64,000 nucleotides of DNA from Bacteroidota bacterium (GCA_036477295.1 JAZGDE010000015.1:1287-65286), one strand, 5' to 3'; shown: positions 18,272-29,076, counted from the stretch's first letter. Made by a program: numbers and translations. Notes: generated from the sequence alone by a model not told the origin.

Positions 18272-19279
18272 TTGACCAATAAGTCGGGAAGTCAGAATGG
18301 ACATAAGAAGGTCATTCTGAGCGGGATGCGTCCTACCGGCAAGCTTCACCTGGGCCATTTGGTAGGCGCACTGGAAAACTGGGTGGCGTTACAGAACGAG
18401 TATCAGAACTATCACCTGATCGCTGATTACCATGCGCTGACCACCGATCTTGATACGTCTCAGCTCTATAAGAATGTGATCGAGATGGTGATCGACTGGC
18501 TGGCCGCGGGTATTGACCCGAAGAGGAGTCCGATTTTCCGTCAGTCGCAGGTCAAGGAGCACGCGGAGCTTCATCTCATTCTGTCAATGCTCATCACGAC
18601 CGCTCGTCTTGAGCGTAACCCGACGCTCAAGGAGCAGGTTCGTGACTTGAAGATCGAAAACATCTCGTACGGACACCTCGGGTATCCTGTTCTCCAGGCA
18701 GCTGACATATTGCTGTACAAAGGTGAACTTGTGCCGGTCGGTGAGGATCAGGTTCCTCACGTCGAAATTACGCGGGAGATTGCGCGGAGATTCAATTCGA
18801 CCTACAGGAAGGTGTTCCCGATTCCGGAGGCGAAACTGACTGCGTTCAGACGTCTGCCGGGACTCGACGGAAACACGAAGATGAGCAAATCAGCGGGGAA
18901 CGCGATCTTGCTCGCCGATTCGCCGGACGAGATCGTGAAAAAAATGAGCAAGGCGATGACCGACCCGCTGAAGATCCGACGACATGATCCCGGCAGGCCG
19001 GAGATCTGCTTGGTGTTCACGCACCACAAGAAGTTCAACCCTGTCGAAGTCCCGCAGATCGAGCGAGACTGTCGAAGCGGTGCACTAGGATGCGTGGACT
19101 GCAAGGCAAACTGTGCGGATCATATCATCGAGTATCTTGCGCCTCTGCGAGAGAAACGTGCCCACTACGAGAAGCAAGTCTCGGAAGTGAAGGAAATCTT
19201 AAGCGATGGTGAGTCTCGCGCACGCACGGTGGCGCAGCGAACGATGGGGGAAGTTCGAGAAGCGCTCGGGGTAGGGTAA
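18272..19279 (+). CDS. trpS: tryptophan--tRNA ligase
   Basis: 'TGKLHLGH' (HIGH) and 'KMSKSAGN' (KMSKS). TTG start. Confidence 0.92.
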   Translation: MTNKSGSQNGHKKVILSGMRPTGKLHLGHLVGALENWVALQNEYQNYHLIADYHALTTDLDTSQLYKNVIEMVIDWLAAGIDPKRSPIFRQSQVKEHAELHLILSMLITTARLERNPTLKEQVRDLKIENISYGHLGYPVLQAADILLYKGELVPVGEDQVPHVEITREIARRFNSTYRKVFPIPEAKLTAFRRLPGLDGNTKMSKSAGNAILLADSPDEIVKKMSKAMTDPLKIRRHDPGRPEICLVFTHHKKFNPVEVPQIERDCRSGALGCVDCKANCADHIIEYLAPLREKRAHYEKQVSEVKEILSDGESRARTVAQRTMGEVREALGVG

Positions 19280-19327
19280 CACCGTGGGCTGCATTACTCC
19301 TAACACATAGATAAGGTTCTGAGCTGC

Positions 19328-20071
19328 ATGTACAAGGTCAAACTCGAATATTTTGAAGGTCCGCTCGACCTTCTCTTGTTTTTTCTCAAGAGGGATGAGC
19401 TCAACATCTATGACATCCCGATTGCGAAGATAACGAAGGACTTTCTCGACTACATCCACTACATGCAGATGTTAGACCTGGAGGTCGCCGGTGAGTTCAT
19501 CGTTATGGCAGCCACGCTGATGCAGATCAAAGTGAGCATGTTGCTGCCACGTGAAGAGGGTGGGGAGGAAGAAGAGGATCCGCGGGCTGAGCTTGTCCGT
19601 CGACTTTTGGACTATCGACGGTACAAGGAGCTGGCGGGGGAGCTGTCGGGCCTAGAAGGCGAAGCTCGAAAACTGTTTTATCGCCAGAATTTTCAGGCAG
19701 ATCCAAAGTTACAGCTTGTCGAGGACGACAACTCCGATTTGAAGGACATCTCGTTGTTTCACCTCATCTCCGCCTTCAAGCATGCTATGGGGCGAGTCCC
19801 GAAAAAGCTCTACCACGAAGTGGAACGCCTGACCGTCACCCTAGATGATCAGATCAGCTATTTGATGGACTTCTTCCGCCTGCGCCCGGAAGCCTCATTC
19901 AGTGAGTTGGTCGCACCCATGACCGAGAAAATTCGCATGATTGTGACGTTCCTCGCTATCCTTGAGTTGATCCAAGAGAAAAGTCTCGGTGTACGGCTCG
20001 ATGCGAAGGTCGATGACTTCATCGTCTATCGAGTATCCGGTGAACGAGCAGCAGCGATTGCCCATGGATGA
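19328..20071 (+). CDS. scpA: segregation and condensation protein A
   Basis: 'FEGPLDLLLFFLKRDELNIYDIPIAKIT'. Confidence 0.88.
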   Translation: MYKVKLEYFEGPLDLLLFFLKRDELNIYDIPIAKITKDFLDYIHYMQMLDLEVAGEFIVMAATLMQIKVSMLLPREEGGEEEEDPRAELVRRLLDYRRYKELAGELSGLEGEARKLFYRQNFQADPKLQLVEDDNSDLKDISLFHLISAFKHAMGRVPKKLYHEVERLTVTLDDQISYLMDFFRLRPEASFSELVAPMTEKIRMIVTFLAILELIQEKSLGVRLDAKVDDFIVYRVSGERAAAIAHG

Positions 20072-20978
20072 GACGCAACAGATGACAGCGGTCGACAGGA
20101 GTCTCAAGCATATTGTCGAAGCTTTGATTTTCGCCTCCAGCGACCCGATTTCGGTCGATTCGATCCGGGACATCTTCCAAGGACTCGGGGATAACGGGAA
20201 GGCGAGGCGGGTTGAAAGCGTAGAGATCGTGTCGTTGGTTGAAGAATTAAACCGAGAGTATGAGCAGAATGGAACGGCGTACCGGATTTCGAAGGTCGCG
20301 GGTGGGTTTCAATTTGCTACGCTTCCGCAGTATGCAGAGTGGGTGGGTCAAGTCTACGAGCAAAAGGCGCGTCGGAAACTCTCTCAGGCCGCACTCGAAA
20401 CACTGGCGATCATTGCCTACAAACAACCTGTGAGCAAGCCAGAAGTCGAAGCGATTCGCGGTGTGGACGCTGACTACGTCATTCGCACTCTTCTCGAGCG
20501 GAATCTGATCACCATTATTGGAAGAGCAGCGACAGTCGGTCGTCCGTTGCTCTACGGAACGACGAAAGAGTTTCTCAAATACTTCGGAATTAACGACCTG
20601 TCCGAGTTACCGAAACCTCGCGAAATCGATGAGATTCTGAGCGAACTGGACCTGGATTCGGACCCGCGATTCAGAATGCTCCAGGAAAAATTGGAGAAGG
20701 TGGAAGAACAGAAAAGTCCCGAAGTAACCCATCCGTTGGAGACGGAGAGAGCTTCGATTGAAGTTCAAGGTCAACCTACGGGACCACAGCGTGAACGGTC
20801 TGCGCATCTTGTGGCAACGGCAGTGTATCGTGATGAAGAAACCGCTCCTGAGAAACAAGAACAATCCCAGCAAGAGAGATCCCAAGATTCAACCCCCCCG
20901 GACAGACGGGCGTCTGACCCAGATGAGCACCCTCGTCGTGCGCAACCAGATCAAGCCGACACAGATTCGTCTGAATAA
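20064..20978 (+). CDS. scpB: segregation and condensation protein B with a long acidic/Pro-Gln-rich C-terminal tail
   Basis: 'LKHIVEALIFASSDPISVDSI' and 'LETLAIIAYKQPVSKPEVEAIRGV'. ATG 20064 overlaps the scpA stop. The last ~120 aa are low-complexity. Confidence 0.85.
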   Translation: MDETQQMTAVDRSLKHIVEALIFASSDPISVDSIRDIFQGLGDNGKARRVESVEIVSLVEELNREYEQNGTAYRISKVAGGFQFATLPQYAEWVGQVYEQKARRKLSQAALETLAIIAYKQPVSKPEVEAIRGVDADYVIRTLLERNLITIIGRAATVGRPLLYGTTKEFLKYFGINDLSELPKPREIDEILSELDLDSDPRFRMLQEKLEKVEEQKSPEVTHPLETERASIEVQGQPTGPQRERSAHLVATAVYRDEETAPEKQEQSQQERSQDSTPPDRRASDPDEHPRRAQPDQADTDSSE

Positions 20979-21678
20979 ATTCCTCGCCTCAGCCGGTGTT
21001 ACGTCTCGTCGCAAGAGTGATGAGTTGATTGCTGCGGGACGCGTGCGTGTCAACCTTCACGTGGTGAGGGACATGGGTATTCGTATCGATCCTCGTCGCG
21101 ATGCAGTCTCTGTCGATGGCCGACAGGTCACTCAAGTTGATGAACCTGTCTACATCGTCCTCCACAAACCCAAAGATTGCATCACAACTGCACAGGACGA
21201 AAAAGGACGGCGCACTGTCATGGATTACGTTCGTGTGCAAACACGCGTATTCCCTGTTGGCCGCCTTGACCGAAACACGACCGGGGTCTTGTTGTTGACG
21301 AACGATGGGGAGTTTGCGCATCGACTGATGCATCCGAAATTTGAGATTGCCAAAGCGTACGAAGTGACCCTTGTCGGATCCATCTCGGAAGAGGACCTCA
21401 AGAAACTCAGCGATGGGGTACGGCTCGAGGACGGATGGACCGTTCCGTGTGATGTGTTTCTCCTTCCCGGAGGGAAAGAAAAAAAAGTAGGAATCATCCT
21501 CCACGAGGGGAGAACCCATCAGGTGATGCGGATGTTCAAGGCCCTCGGATATGAGGTGAGACATCTGCACCGCGCTGCTTACGGGAACGTCAGCGTGGAA
21601 GGACTGGCACGCGGCGGATGGCGTTTTCTGACAAAGGCGGAAGTCACTCAACTGAAAAAGACTGTCAGTGTATCTTGA
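20923..21678 (+). CDS. RsuA/RluB-family pseudouridine synthase
   Basis: S4 domain '[30 protein letters not shown]' and catalytic '[18 protein letters not shown]'. Start is uncertain (ATG 20923 chosen). Confidence 0.85.
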   Translation: MSTLVVRNQIKPTQIRLNKFLASAGVTSRRKSDELIAAGRVRVNLHVVRDMGIRIDPRRDAVSVDGRQVTQVDEPVYIVLHKPKDCITTAQDEKGRRTVMDYVRVQTRVFPVGRLDRNTTGVLLLTNDGEFAHRLMHPKFEIAKAYEVTLVGSISEEDLKKLSDGVRLEDGWTVPCDVFLLPGGKEKKVGIILHEGRTHQVMRMFKALGYEVRHLHRAAYGNVSVEGLARGGWRFLTKAEVTQLKKTVSVS

Positions 21679-23200
21679 AAGGGCTACTGTGGAAATCCCT
21701 TCGCATACCGAAGAACTGAATGAACTCATGCGTCGCAGACGCGAGGAGCTCGACCAACTGCGGAAGCGTGGGATCAATCCGTACCCGTACTCGTTTGAAC
21801 GAACTGACGCCTCGCGCGATATCCTCGAGAGTTTTAAGGAGAGTGCCCCACCGCGGGACGTCTCGGTCGCCGGACGTATCATGACCATCCGTCGGATGGG
21901 AAAAGCCTCATTTGCTCACATCCAAGATTTAAAAGGGAAGATTCAGATTTACTTGAAAAAGGACGATCTCGGCGATGTCTACGATGCCTTTCGATTGATG
22001 GATATCGGAGATATCGTCGGCATCAAGGGATTCGTTTTTCGAACGAAGATGGGGGAGATTTCTATCCACGTCCAGAGTCTGGAACTACTCGCCAAGGCGC
22101 TGCGGCCGCTTCCCGTGGTCAAAGAGAAGGTCGATGAACGGGGAACTAGAACTGTTTACGACCCCTTCGGAGACAAGGAGCTTCGATACCGAAGGCGATA
22201 CGTGGACTTGACCGTCAATCCACAGGTGCGGGAGGTGTTCGTCAAGCGAGCTAAGATCATCAAGACCATTCGTGATTTCTTTGACGACCGCAATTATTTG
22301 GAAGTGGAGACCCCGGTGCTCCAGCCGTTATATGGCGGTGCGTTCGCACGACCGTTCGTTGCGCACCACAACGCACTCGACATCGACCTGTACCTTCGGA
22401 TCGCGGATGAGCTGTACTTGAAGCGACTTGTCGTCGGCGGTTTTGACGGGGTCTACGAGATCTCCAAGGATTTCCGCAACGAGGGAATGGACCGGTTTCA
22501 TAACCCTGAGTTTACGATGCTCGAGCTGTACGTGGCGTACAAGGATTATCAGTGGATGATGGGTCTCGTCGAAGAACTGATCAGTCGGGTCTCGCTCGCC
22601 GTGAATGGGTCCATGAAGTGCGTTGTGGGAGACCGGCAGATCGACTTCACCCCCCCTTGGAAGCGCATGACCATGTTCCTTGCCATTCAAGAGTATACGG
22701 GAAAGAACCTCCGAGGCAAGAGCGAATCGGATCTTCGAGCAGTAGCGAAAGAAATCCAGGTCGAGCTGGAAACGACCGATGGAGTAAGGGAGATCATCGA
22801 CGAGATTTTCCGTTCACTCGTCCAGCCGCACTTGATTCAGCCGACTTTCATCATGGACTATCCGATTGAGATGTCACCGCTTGCCAAAGAGCATCGCACC
22901 GAAGCTGGCCTCGTGGAGCGATTCGAAGCGTTCGCGGGCGGACAGGAACTCTGCAACGCGTTCAGCGAGTTGAACGATCCACTCGACCAGAGGGCGCGAT
23001 TTGAAGAACAGATGAAGCTTCGTGCGCGTGGGCACGCGGAAGCACAGGTCCTCGATGAGGATTTTCTCCGTGCACTCGAGTACGGTATGCCCCCGGCGGC
23101 TGGTCTTGGCCTCGGTATCGATCGGTTGGTGATGGTCCTGACGAATCAGGATTCAATCCGGGATGTCATTCTGTTTCCACAGATGAGGCCGAAGAAGTAA
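21668..23200 (+). CDS. lysS: lysine--tRNA ligase (class II)
   Basis: '[10 protein letters not shown]', '[11 protein letters not shown]' and '[11 protein letters not shown]'. GTG start; GTG 21686 is an alternative. Confidence 0.92.
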   Translation: MYLERATVEIPSHTEELNELMRRRREELDQLRKRGINPYPYSFERTDASRDILESFKESAPPRDVSVAGRIMTIRRMGKASFAHIQDLKGKIQIYLKKDDLGDVYDAFRLMDIGDIVGIKGFVFRTKMGEISIHVQSLELLAKALRPLPVVKEKVDERGTRTVYDPFGDKELRYRRRYVDLTVNPQVREVFVKRAKIIKTIRDFFDDRNYLEVETPVLQPLYGGAFARPFVAHHNALDIDLYLRIADELYLKRLVVGGFDGVYEISKDFRNEGMDRFHNPEFTMLELYVAYKDYQWMMGLVEELISRVSLAVNGSMKCVVGDRQIDFTPPWKRMTMFLAIQEYTGKNLRGKSESDLRAVAKEIQVELETTDGVREIIDEIFRSLVQPHLIQPTFIMDYPIEMSPLAKEHRTEAGLVERFEAFAGGQELCNAFSELNDPLDQRARFEEQMKLRARGHAEAQVLDEDFLRALEYGMPPAAGLGLGIDRLVMVLTNQDSIRDVILFPQMRPKK

Positions 23201-23206
23201 CGTACC

Positions 23207-23500
23207 ATGGGTGGAGAGAAAACGGTGAACTTCAAGCTCCTTGCACTGTTCTCCTGCGTCATCGTTTTGAGCGTCGGCGCACGCGGTGGAGTAACTGGAA
23301 TCCTCGAAGGGACGGTACAGGAGATGGGTACAAATCAGCCGGTTGTCGGCGCGAATGTGCTCATCGTCGGAACCGAGCGTGGTGGCGTGACGGATCTGGA
23401 GGGGTACTTTCAGATCCCCAACGTTCGTGCAGGCACGTACAAAGTGCGCGTGACGATGGTGGGCTACAGAACGGTGACGTTCGAGAAGGGGTTCTTCTGA
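23207..23500 (+). pseudogene. N-terminal remnant of a TonB-dependent receptor (signal peptide plus carboxypeptidase-regulatory-like domain only)
   Basis: 'GILEGTVQEMGTNQPVVGANVLIVGTERGGVTDLEGYFQIPNVRAGTYKVRVTMVGYRT'. It ends at an in-frame TGA, and the next gene starts 100 nt later. No plug or barrel domain is present. Confidence 0.7.
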
Positions 23501-23600
23501 ACTGTGACTGCGGACTCTTCGATCGCGGATCGAACAGATGCATCAGAAGCAGTTTTCCGGTGAACGAGATCGAATGCGTTCAATGATCTAGCAGAATTCC

Positions 23601-25739
23601 ATGAAGAAAACGATCACCCTTGCGCTTGGCTTTCATAGCCACCAACCGGTTGGAAACTTTGACCACGTATTCGAGAAGTCCTACGAACGGGCATACGGGC
23701 CATTTCTCGACCTCATCGTTCAACATCCAAAGGTGAAGTTCGCGATCCATAATTCCGGCCCTTTGCTGGAGTGGATCCATGATCATCATCCGGAATACTT
23801 CACGCAACTTAGAGCAGTGGTTCAAACGGGCCAGGTGGAGATCATGACTGGCGCTTTCTATGAAGCGATTCTCCCGATCATCCCGGACGTCGATAAGCTC
23901 GGTCAAATCCAGAAAATGAGCAAGTACGTCAAGAGTCACTTCGGGTACGAGCCGACCGGGATGTGGCTTGCCGAACGGGTGTGGGAACAGCACATCACGA
24001 AGCCGATCGCTGACGCAGGTGTACGGTATGTGATTGTTGACGACACCCACTTTAAGTACGCGGGTCTTCAGCAAGACCAGCTTTTCGGTTATTACGTCAC
24101 GGAGGAAGAGGGGGAATCCGTCAACGTCTTCCCGATCAGCAGGATGCTTCGATACATGATTCCGTTCCAACCGGTGGAGAAGACGATCGAGTATCTGCGG
24201 AGTGTGGCGACGGAGGATGGGAAGCGGGTTGTTGTATATGCCGACGATGGAGAAAAGTTTGGCTCTTGGCCGCACACATACGAGCAGGTGTATGAAAGAG
24301 GCTGGCTGAAGGAATTCCTGCAAGCGCTCGAAGAGAACAGCGACTGGATTCGTATCTTGCATTTCTCTGAGACGATCAAAGCGATCGAGCCCGCTGGGCG
24401 TGTCTACTTGCCGGATGCGGCATATCCAGAAATGCTTCAGTGGGCACTGCCGGCAAAAGCGTTCGTGGAGTTCGGGGAGTTCGAAAACTTCCTGAAAAAC
24501 GAAGGGATGCCTTCTCGCTACGAGGTGTTCGTCAAGGCTGGTTTCTGGCGGAATTTTTTGGTGAAGTATCCGGAATCCAACAACATGCACAAGAAAATGC
24601 TGCGCGTCTCGCGGAAAGCGCAGGAGGCAAAGGCAAGGGGAAAAAAAGTCGAGAAGACCCTCGATCGAGTCTGGGCAGCCCAGTGCAACGACGCGTACTG
24701 GCATGGTGTGTTTGGGGGGCTCTACTTGCCGAATCTGAGATTTGCAATCTATCGTAATCTCCTTGAAGCGGAAAAGGAACTGGAGAAAGTGGCACAGCAG
24801 CATGGATTCCGGCACGAGTTCACGGACTTCGACCGCGACGGGAAAGAGGAAGTTTTGGTGGAATCGCCTCACCTCAACGTATATTTCAAACCAGACCTCG
24901 GTGGATCCATCTTCGAACTCGACGTCAAGAAGATTTCGTACAATCTGATCGACGTCGTTGCGCGAAGAGAAGAAGGCTACCACCACAAATTGAAGGCATT
25001 GCGGGGGCATCAATCCCAGCCAGGGGCAATTGGGAGCATCCATGACATCATGAGGTCGAAGGAGGGTAACCTGGACCAGCACCTCCAGTACGACTGGTAT
25101 CGCCGGCACGCGCTCCTCGACCACTTTTTCGGACCGAGGACGACGTTCGATGATTTTACGCAGTGCACGTATCCGGAGCTGGGCGATTTCGTCGACCAGC
25201 CGTACGCCTGCAGAGTTACTTCGAGGAACGGAAATCTCCAGGTCCAGCTTTGGCGGGACGGTGCGCTCTGGTTCGGATCGTCCAAACACCGATTGCGTGT
25301 GACGAAGACCGTGACACTGAAACGAGGTTCATTAGACCTCCACGTAGGCTATCGGGTCGAAAACCAGGAACCCAAACCTCTCGACATATGGTTTGGTGTG
25401 GAGTTCGTCTGCGGATTACTTGCCGGCGATGCGGAGGATCGATACTATGTATCGAATAGCCGACGACTCGAGGATGGGACATTGCGGAGTCGAGGGATCA
25501 TTGAAGGCGCGCACGATATAAGCTTAGTGGACGAATGGATGGGCGTGGAAGTGCAGCTAGTGCCCCAATGCTGTAACGCCATCTGGAGGTTTCCGGTCGA
25601 GACAGTCTCGCTCTCCGAATCTGGCTTTGAGCGAATCTATCAAGGAGCAGTTGTCGTTCCAAACTGGAAGGTGCATCTCGAGAAGGTCTGGTCCACGGAG
25701 ATTGAGTACAGGATTCGGCTGCACAGAAGTGAGCGATAG
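23601..25739 (+). CDS. GH57-family alpha-amylase / 4-alpha-glucanotransferase
   Basis: 'LALGFHSHQPVGNF', 'GQVEIMTGAFYEAILP' and 'MWLAERVWE'. 712 aa. Confidence 0.88.
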   Translation: MKKTITLALGFHSHQPVGNFDHVFEKSYERAYGPFLDLIVQHPKVKFAIHNSGPLLEWIHDHHPEYFTQLRAVVQTGQVEIMTGAFYEAILPIIPDVDKLGQIQKMSKYVKSHFGYEPTGMWLAERVWEQHITKPIADAGVRYVIVDDTHFKYAGLQQDQLFGYYVTEEEGESVNVFPISRMLRYMIPFQPVEKTIEYLRSVATEDGKRVVVYADDGEKFGSWPHTYEQVYERGWLKEFLQALEENSDWIRILHFSETIKAIEPAGRVYLPDAAYPEMLQWALPAKAFVEFGEFENFLKNEGMPSRYEVFVKAGFWRNFLVKYPESNNMHKKMLRVSRKAQEAKARGKKVEKTLDRVWAAQCNDAYWHGVFGGLYLPNLRFAIYRNLLEAEKELEKVAQQHGFRHEFTDFDRDGKEEVLVESPHLNVYFKPDLGGSIFELDVKKISYNLIDVVARREEGYHHKLKALRGHQSQPGAIGSIHDIMRSKEGNLDQHLQYDWYRRHALLDHFFGPRTTFDDFTQCTYPELGDFVDQPYACRVTSRNGNLQVQLWRDGALWFGSSKHRLRVTKTVTLKRGSLDLHVGYRVENQEPKPLDIWFGVEFVCGLLAGDAEDRYYVSNSRRLEDGTLRSRGIIEGAHDISLVDEWMGVEVQLVPQCCNAIWRFPVETVSLSESGFERIYQGAVVVPNWKVHLEKVWSTEIEYRIRLHRSER

Positions 25740-25803
25740 AGGAACTCGTATACTCGGTCATAAGTTGGGAGAGCCTCTCTGGTCAGGATATCTGAGGCGA
25801 CAT

Positions 25804-25832
25804 TTGCTAATCACTCCGAATTCGACTATATT
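25804..25832 (+). promoter_or_regulatory. sigma70-type promoter upstream of the S41 protease
   Basis: TTGCTA 25804-25809, 17-nt spacer, TATATT 25827-25832. Confidence 0.45.
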
Positions 25833-25955
25833 GGCGCGAAGTTTCGTGAAGGGTAATTCAGACCCACGTGTGTTGCTTGGAGTTTCTCCAGTGAACGGTA
25901 AAACACGTTGGCGTGTTGATTCTCAATCTCTTCCGGTGATAAGGGAATTGGAAAT

Positions 25956-27578
25956 ATGATGAAGCGACTTTCTTTGCCCGCTGCGCTCGCGCTGCTGATC
26001 CTCGGGATACTTGTGGGATCTCAAGTCAACAGCGTCATCTCCGGCGATAATATCTACGAGCAGCTCTCAAAGTTCAAGGATGTCTTGAGTCTAACGGAAA
26101 AGCACTACGTTGACGATGTCGACACACAGAAGCTCGTTGAGGCGGCCATCCGTGGAATGCTGACCCCCCTGGATCCTCATTCAGTGTACATACCACCGTC
26201 GCAGTTACCGAAAATCAAAGAGGAATTTCGCGGCACGTTCGAAGGTATCGGAATCCAGTTTCAGGTTTTGAACGATACACTGCTGGTCATTGCTCCGATC
26301 AGTGGGGGGCCGAGTGAAGCGGTCGGCATAATGGCCGGAGATAAAATCATAAAAATCGACGGTGAGTCCGCTGTCGGAATCACGACGGAAGGAGTTTTCC
26401 AGAAGCTGCGCGGACAAAAGGGAACAAAGGTAACGGTGACGATCAAGCGCGCCTTCGTGAAGGAACTTCTCAATTTTGAGATCACCCGAGACAAGATTCC
26501 CATCTACAGTGTCAACGTGTCATTCATGATCGACGGAGAGATTGGCTACATCTCGGTTAACCGTTTTGCCCAGACCACGCACAGCGAAGTCACCAAGGCT
26601 TTGAAGAAGCTCAAGGCACAAGGGATGAAAAAGCTTCTCCTTGACCTCCGGAGCAACCCAGGTGGGTATTTGGATCAGGCGGTCAAGATGGCTGACGAGT
26701 TCTTGTCGGCGAGCAAGAAGATCGTGTACACGAAGGGCCGGCGGGGGGACTTCGATGAGGAAGAGGTTTCCACGGGCGGAGGATTATTTGAGCGCGGTTC
26801 TCTTGTGATTCTCGTGAACAGAGGCTCTGCTTCGGCGAGCGAAATCGTATCGGGCGCGGTTCAAGATTGGGATCGTGGATTGATTGTTGGAGAGACAACC
26901 TTCGGGAAGGGACTGGTTCAGCGACAATTTGACCTCCGCGACGGCTCAGCGCTCCGACTTACGACGGCTCGGTATTACACGCCGAGTGGTCGGCTCATTC
27001 AACGTCCGTATTCAGAAAAGGATCGCAAAGAATACCAGCGGGAGGTGTACCTCCGTGAGGAGGAAGAAGGGGAGAACATCGACCATCAGGTGGAAAAAGA
27101 CACTTCGAAGGCGATCTATCACACGGCGGGAGGTCGAGCGGTGTACGGTGGAGGGGGAATTACGCCGGATTACATAGTGAAGCAAAGAATGTGGACGGAC
27201 TTCACAGTTCAGCTTCGAGCTCGACTGATATTTCGCGAGTACGCATTCAGCTATCTTGAGCAACACGGCAATGAACTGCGAAGTAGGTATGGAGGGGATT
27301 ATCGGAAGTTCCAGAAGGAATTTGCAATCAGCGACGGAATCCTGAATCAGATGCTGACGCTCGCGAAGAGTAAAGGAGTGGTCTTCAAGAAGGAAGAATA
27401 TGAGAACGACTTGAGTCTTGTCAAAGCGCTGACGAAGGCACACATCGCGCGCACACTCTGGGGCAACGAGGGCTACTATCCGATCGTTCTCGTCGAAGAT
27501 GAACAGGTTGGGAAGGCAATCTCACTCTTCTCGGAAGCAGAAAAAATTGCTGCAACATATTACGGCAAGGCAGAATGA
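25956..27578 (+). CDS. S41 carboxy-terminal processing peptidase
   Basis: PDZ domain plus 'NRGSASASEIVSGA' and 'GETTFGKGLVQ'. N-terminal signal/anchor present. Confidence 0.9.
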   Translation: MMKRLSLPAALALLILGILVGSQVNSVISGDNIYEQLSKFKDVLSLTEKHYVDDVDTQKLVEAAIRGMLTPLDPHSVYIPPSQLPKIKEEFRGTFEGIGIQFQVLNDTLLVIAPISGGPSEAVGIMAGDKIIKIDGESAVGITTEGVFQKLRGQKGTKVTVTIKRAFVKELLNFEITRDKIPIYSVNVSFMIDGEIGYISVNRFAQTTHSEVTKALKKLKAQGMKKLLLDLRSNPGGYLDQAVKMADEFLSASKKIVYTKGRRGDFDEEEVSTGGGLFERGSLVILVNRGSASASEIVSGAVQDWDRGLIVGETTFGKGLVQRQFDLRDGSALRLTTARYYTPSGRLIQRPYSEKDRKEYQREVYLREEEEGENIDHQVEKDTSKAIYHTAGGRAVYGGGGITPDYIVKQRMWTDFTVQLRARLIFREYAFSYLEQHGNELRSRYGGDYRKFQKEFAISDGILNQMLTLAKSKGVVFKKEEYENDLSLVKALTKAHIARTLWGNEGYYPIVLVEDEQVGKAISLFSEAEKIAATYYGKAE

Positions 27579-28135
27579 CCAAGCCGGACTGCAATTCTCC
27601 ATCGAGTTCAATCGATGAACCACCTCCTGGGGGGTTTCTCCATTCTTGTTCGTGTGCTTTCCGTGGTGTTTCCACTGCTCGCGCTCCGTCCTGGGAGTGA
27701 TGGATATCACCAAGAGCTATCGGGCAACGTCGTATCATCGCAAACAAGGGCAGGAATCCTCGAAGGTGGACGAACATACAGGACGGTTGTCTCCTCAATG
27801 TCACCCACAAGGAATATCCACTGACGATCGGCTCAAACGTCACGGTCGGACATGGTGCGATCGTCCACGGAGCGATAGTTAAGGATTATTGTCTGATTGG
27901 TATGGGTGCCAGGATTCTCGACAATGCGCAAGTCGGACCGTATACGCTGGTCGCTGCAGGATCGGTTGTTCTCGAGAATTCTGTTATACCCGAGAGAGCA
28001 CTTGTCGTTGGAGTGCTGGCCAGGGTCGTCCGTCCTCTCACGGAAGAAGAAAAACGGAAGATCGAGCTATCTGCTCAAGACTACGTCGATTACGTGCGCA
28101 CATATCGGGACCTGGACGAGAGGGCAGCTACATGA
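27575..28135 (+). pseudogene. gamma-carbonic-anhydrase/LbH-family gene with a scrambled 5' third
   Basis: From ~27770 it reads a clean 'TNIQDGCLLNVTHKEYPLTIGSNVTVGHGAIVHGAIVKDYCLIGMGARILDNAQVG...'. Upstream, family-like pieces are spread over three frames with stops (TGA at 27698). ATG 27575 overlaps the S41 protease stop, and the 3' stop overlaps the next ATG. Confidence 0.6.
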
Positions 28136-29028
28136 AACTCAAATTTTGGGGGACGCGGGGGTCCATCCCTACTCCTGGGAGGCACACCGTTCGGTACGGT
28201 GGGAATACTCCCTGTGTGGAGTTGCGCCTTAATAAGGACGATCTGATTATTCTCGACGCGGGAACGGGGATTCGGAACCTCGGTGATAGCATTATGGAAA
28301 GTGGTGCATCGATCAAGGCGTACGTCCTGATCACTCACCCCCATTGGGATCATATCCAAGGATTCCCGTTCTTCAAACCAGCGTTTATCTCGGGAAACGA
28401 ACTTACCCTCATGGGAAGTGAGAGCGAAAAAATCACACTGAGACGGATCGTATCCGACCAGATGAACAAGATCTATTTCCCGATCCAGCTCAATGAGCTC
28501 AAGGCGACGCTTAAGTTTCATCCGATTGATGAAGAAGAGGTTCAGGTATTTGACGCGAAGGTTCAGACGATCCACGTGAACCATGCTGCCTTCTGTCTCG
28601 GATTTCGGGTGAACCGCGGGGGGAAATCGGTCGTCTACATCAGCGATAATGAACCGTTTGACCGCCAAAACGCTGAAATGATGACCAACGTCGAGCCTCC
28701 TGTCGTCGAAAAATTTAAGAACACGAAGGGTGATCCAAATCAGCGCATCTTCGATTTCGTGAAGAATTGTGACGTTCTCATTCATGATGCGACCTACACA
28801 CCCGAGGAGTACGTGGATCGTGTTGGCTGGGGTCACTCCCACTACCTGTTCTCGCTCAAGGTCGCGGCAGAGGGAAACGTGAATCAGCTGATTCTGTTCC
28901 ATCATGAACCGTCGCACGGTGACAGCAAAGTGGACGACATCGTCGCCAAGTGCCGAAAAGAAATCAAACACCGCGGCTACGGATTTGAGTGTTTTGCGGC
29001 AGCGGAAGGGATGGAGATCGAGTTCTGA
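28132..29028 (+). CDS. MBL-fold metallo-hydrolase
   Basis: 'MKLKFWGTRGSIPTPG' and 'LITHPHWDHIQGFPFF'. ATG 28132 lies inside ORF 27889..29028. Confidence 0.85.
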   Translation: MKLKFWGTRGSIPTPGRHTVRYGGNTPCVELRLNKDDLIILDAGTGIRNLGDSIMESGASIKAYVLITHPHWDHIQGFPFFKPAFISGNELTLMGSESEKITLRRIVSDQMNKIYFPIQLNELKATLKFHPIDEEEVQVFDAKVQTIHVNHAAFCLGFRVNRGGKSVVYISDNEPFDRQNAEMMTNVEPPVVEKFKNTKGDPNQRIFDFVKNCDVLIHDATYTPEEYVDRVGWGHSHYLFSLKVAAEGNVNQLILFHHEPSHGDSKVDDIVAKCRKEIKHRGYGFECFAAAEGMEIEF

Positions 29029-29076
29029 CAATCCCAAGGCATACTTGGGGTTCCATCGAGCGGTTGAAAAAGTTAC

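Noticed and set aside
23580-25289. Very long antisense ORFs opposite well-supported genes. Examples: 569 aa opposite GH57; 362 aa opposite gdhA at 43675..44763; 361 aa opposite the MBL gene at 28090..29175; 299 aa at 20989..21888; 289 aa at 29459..30328; 254 aa at 33335..34099.
   Set aside because: Their products are low-complexity, Arg/Pro/Leu-rich and match no family I recognise. The sense strand in each case carries unmistakable conserved motifs. Such shadow ORFs arise when the sense gene avoids TTA/CTA/TCA codons in the relevant phase.
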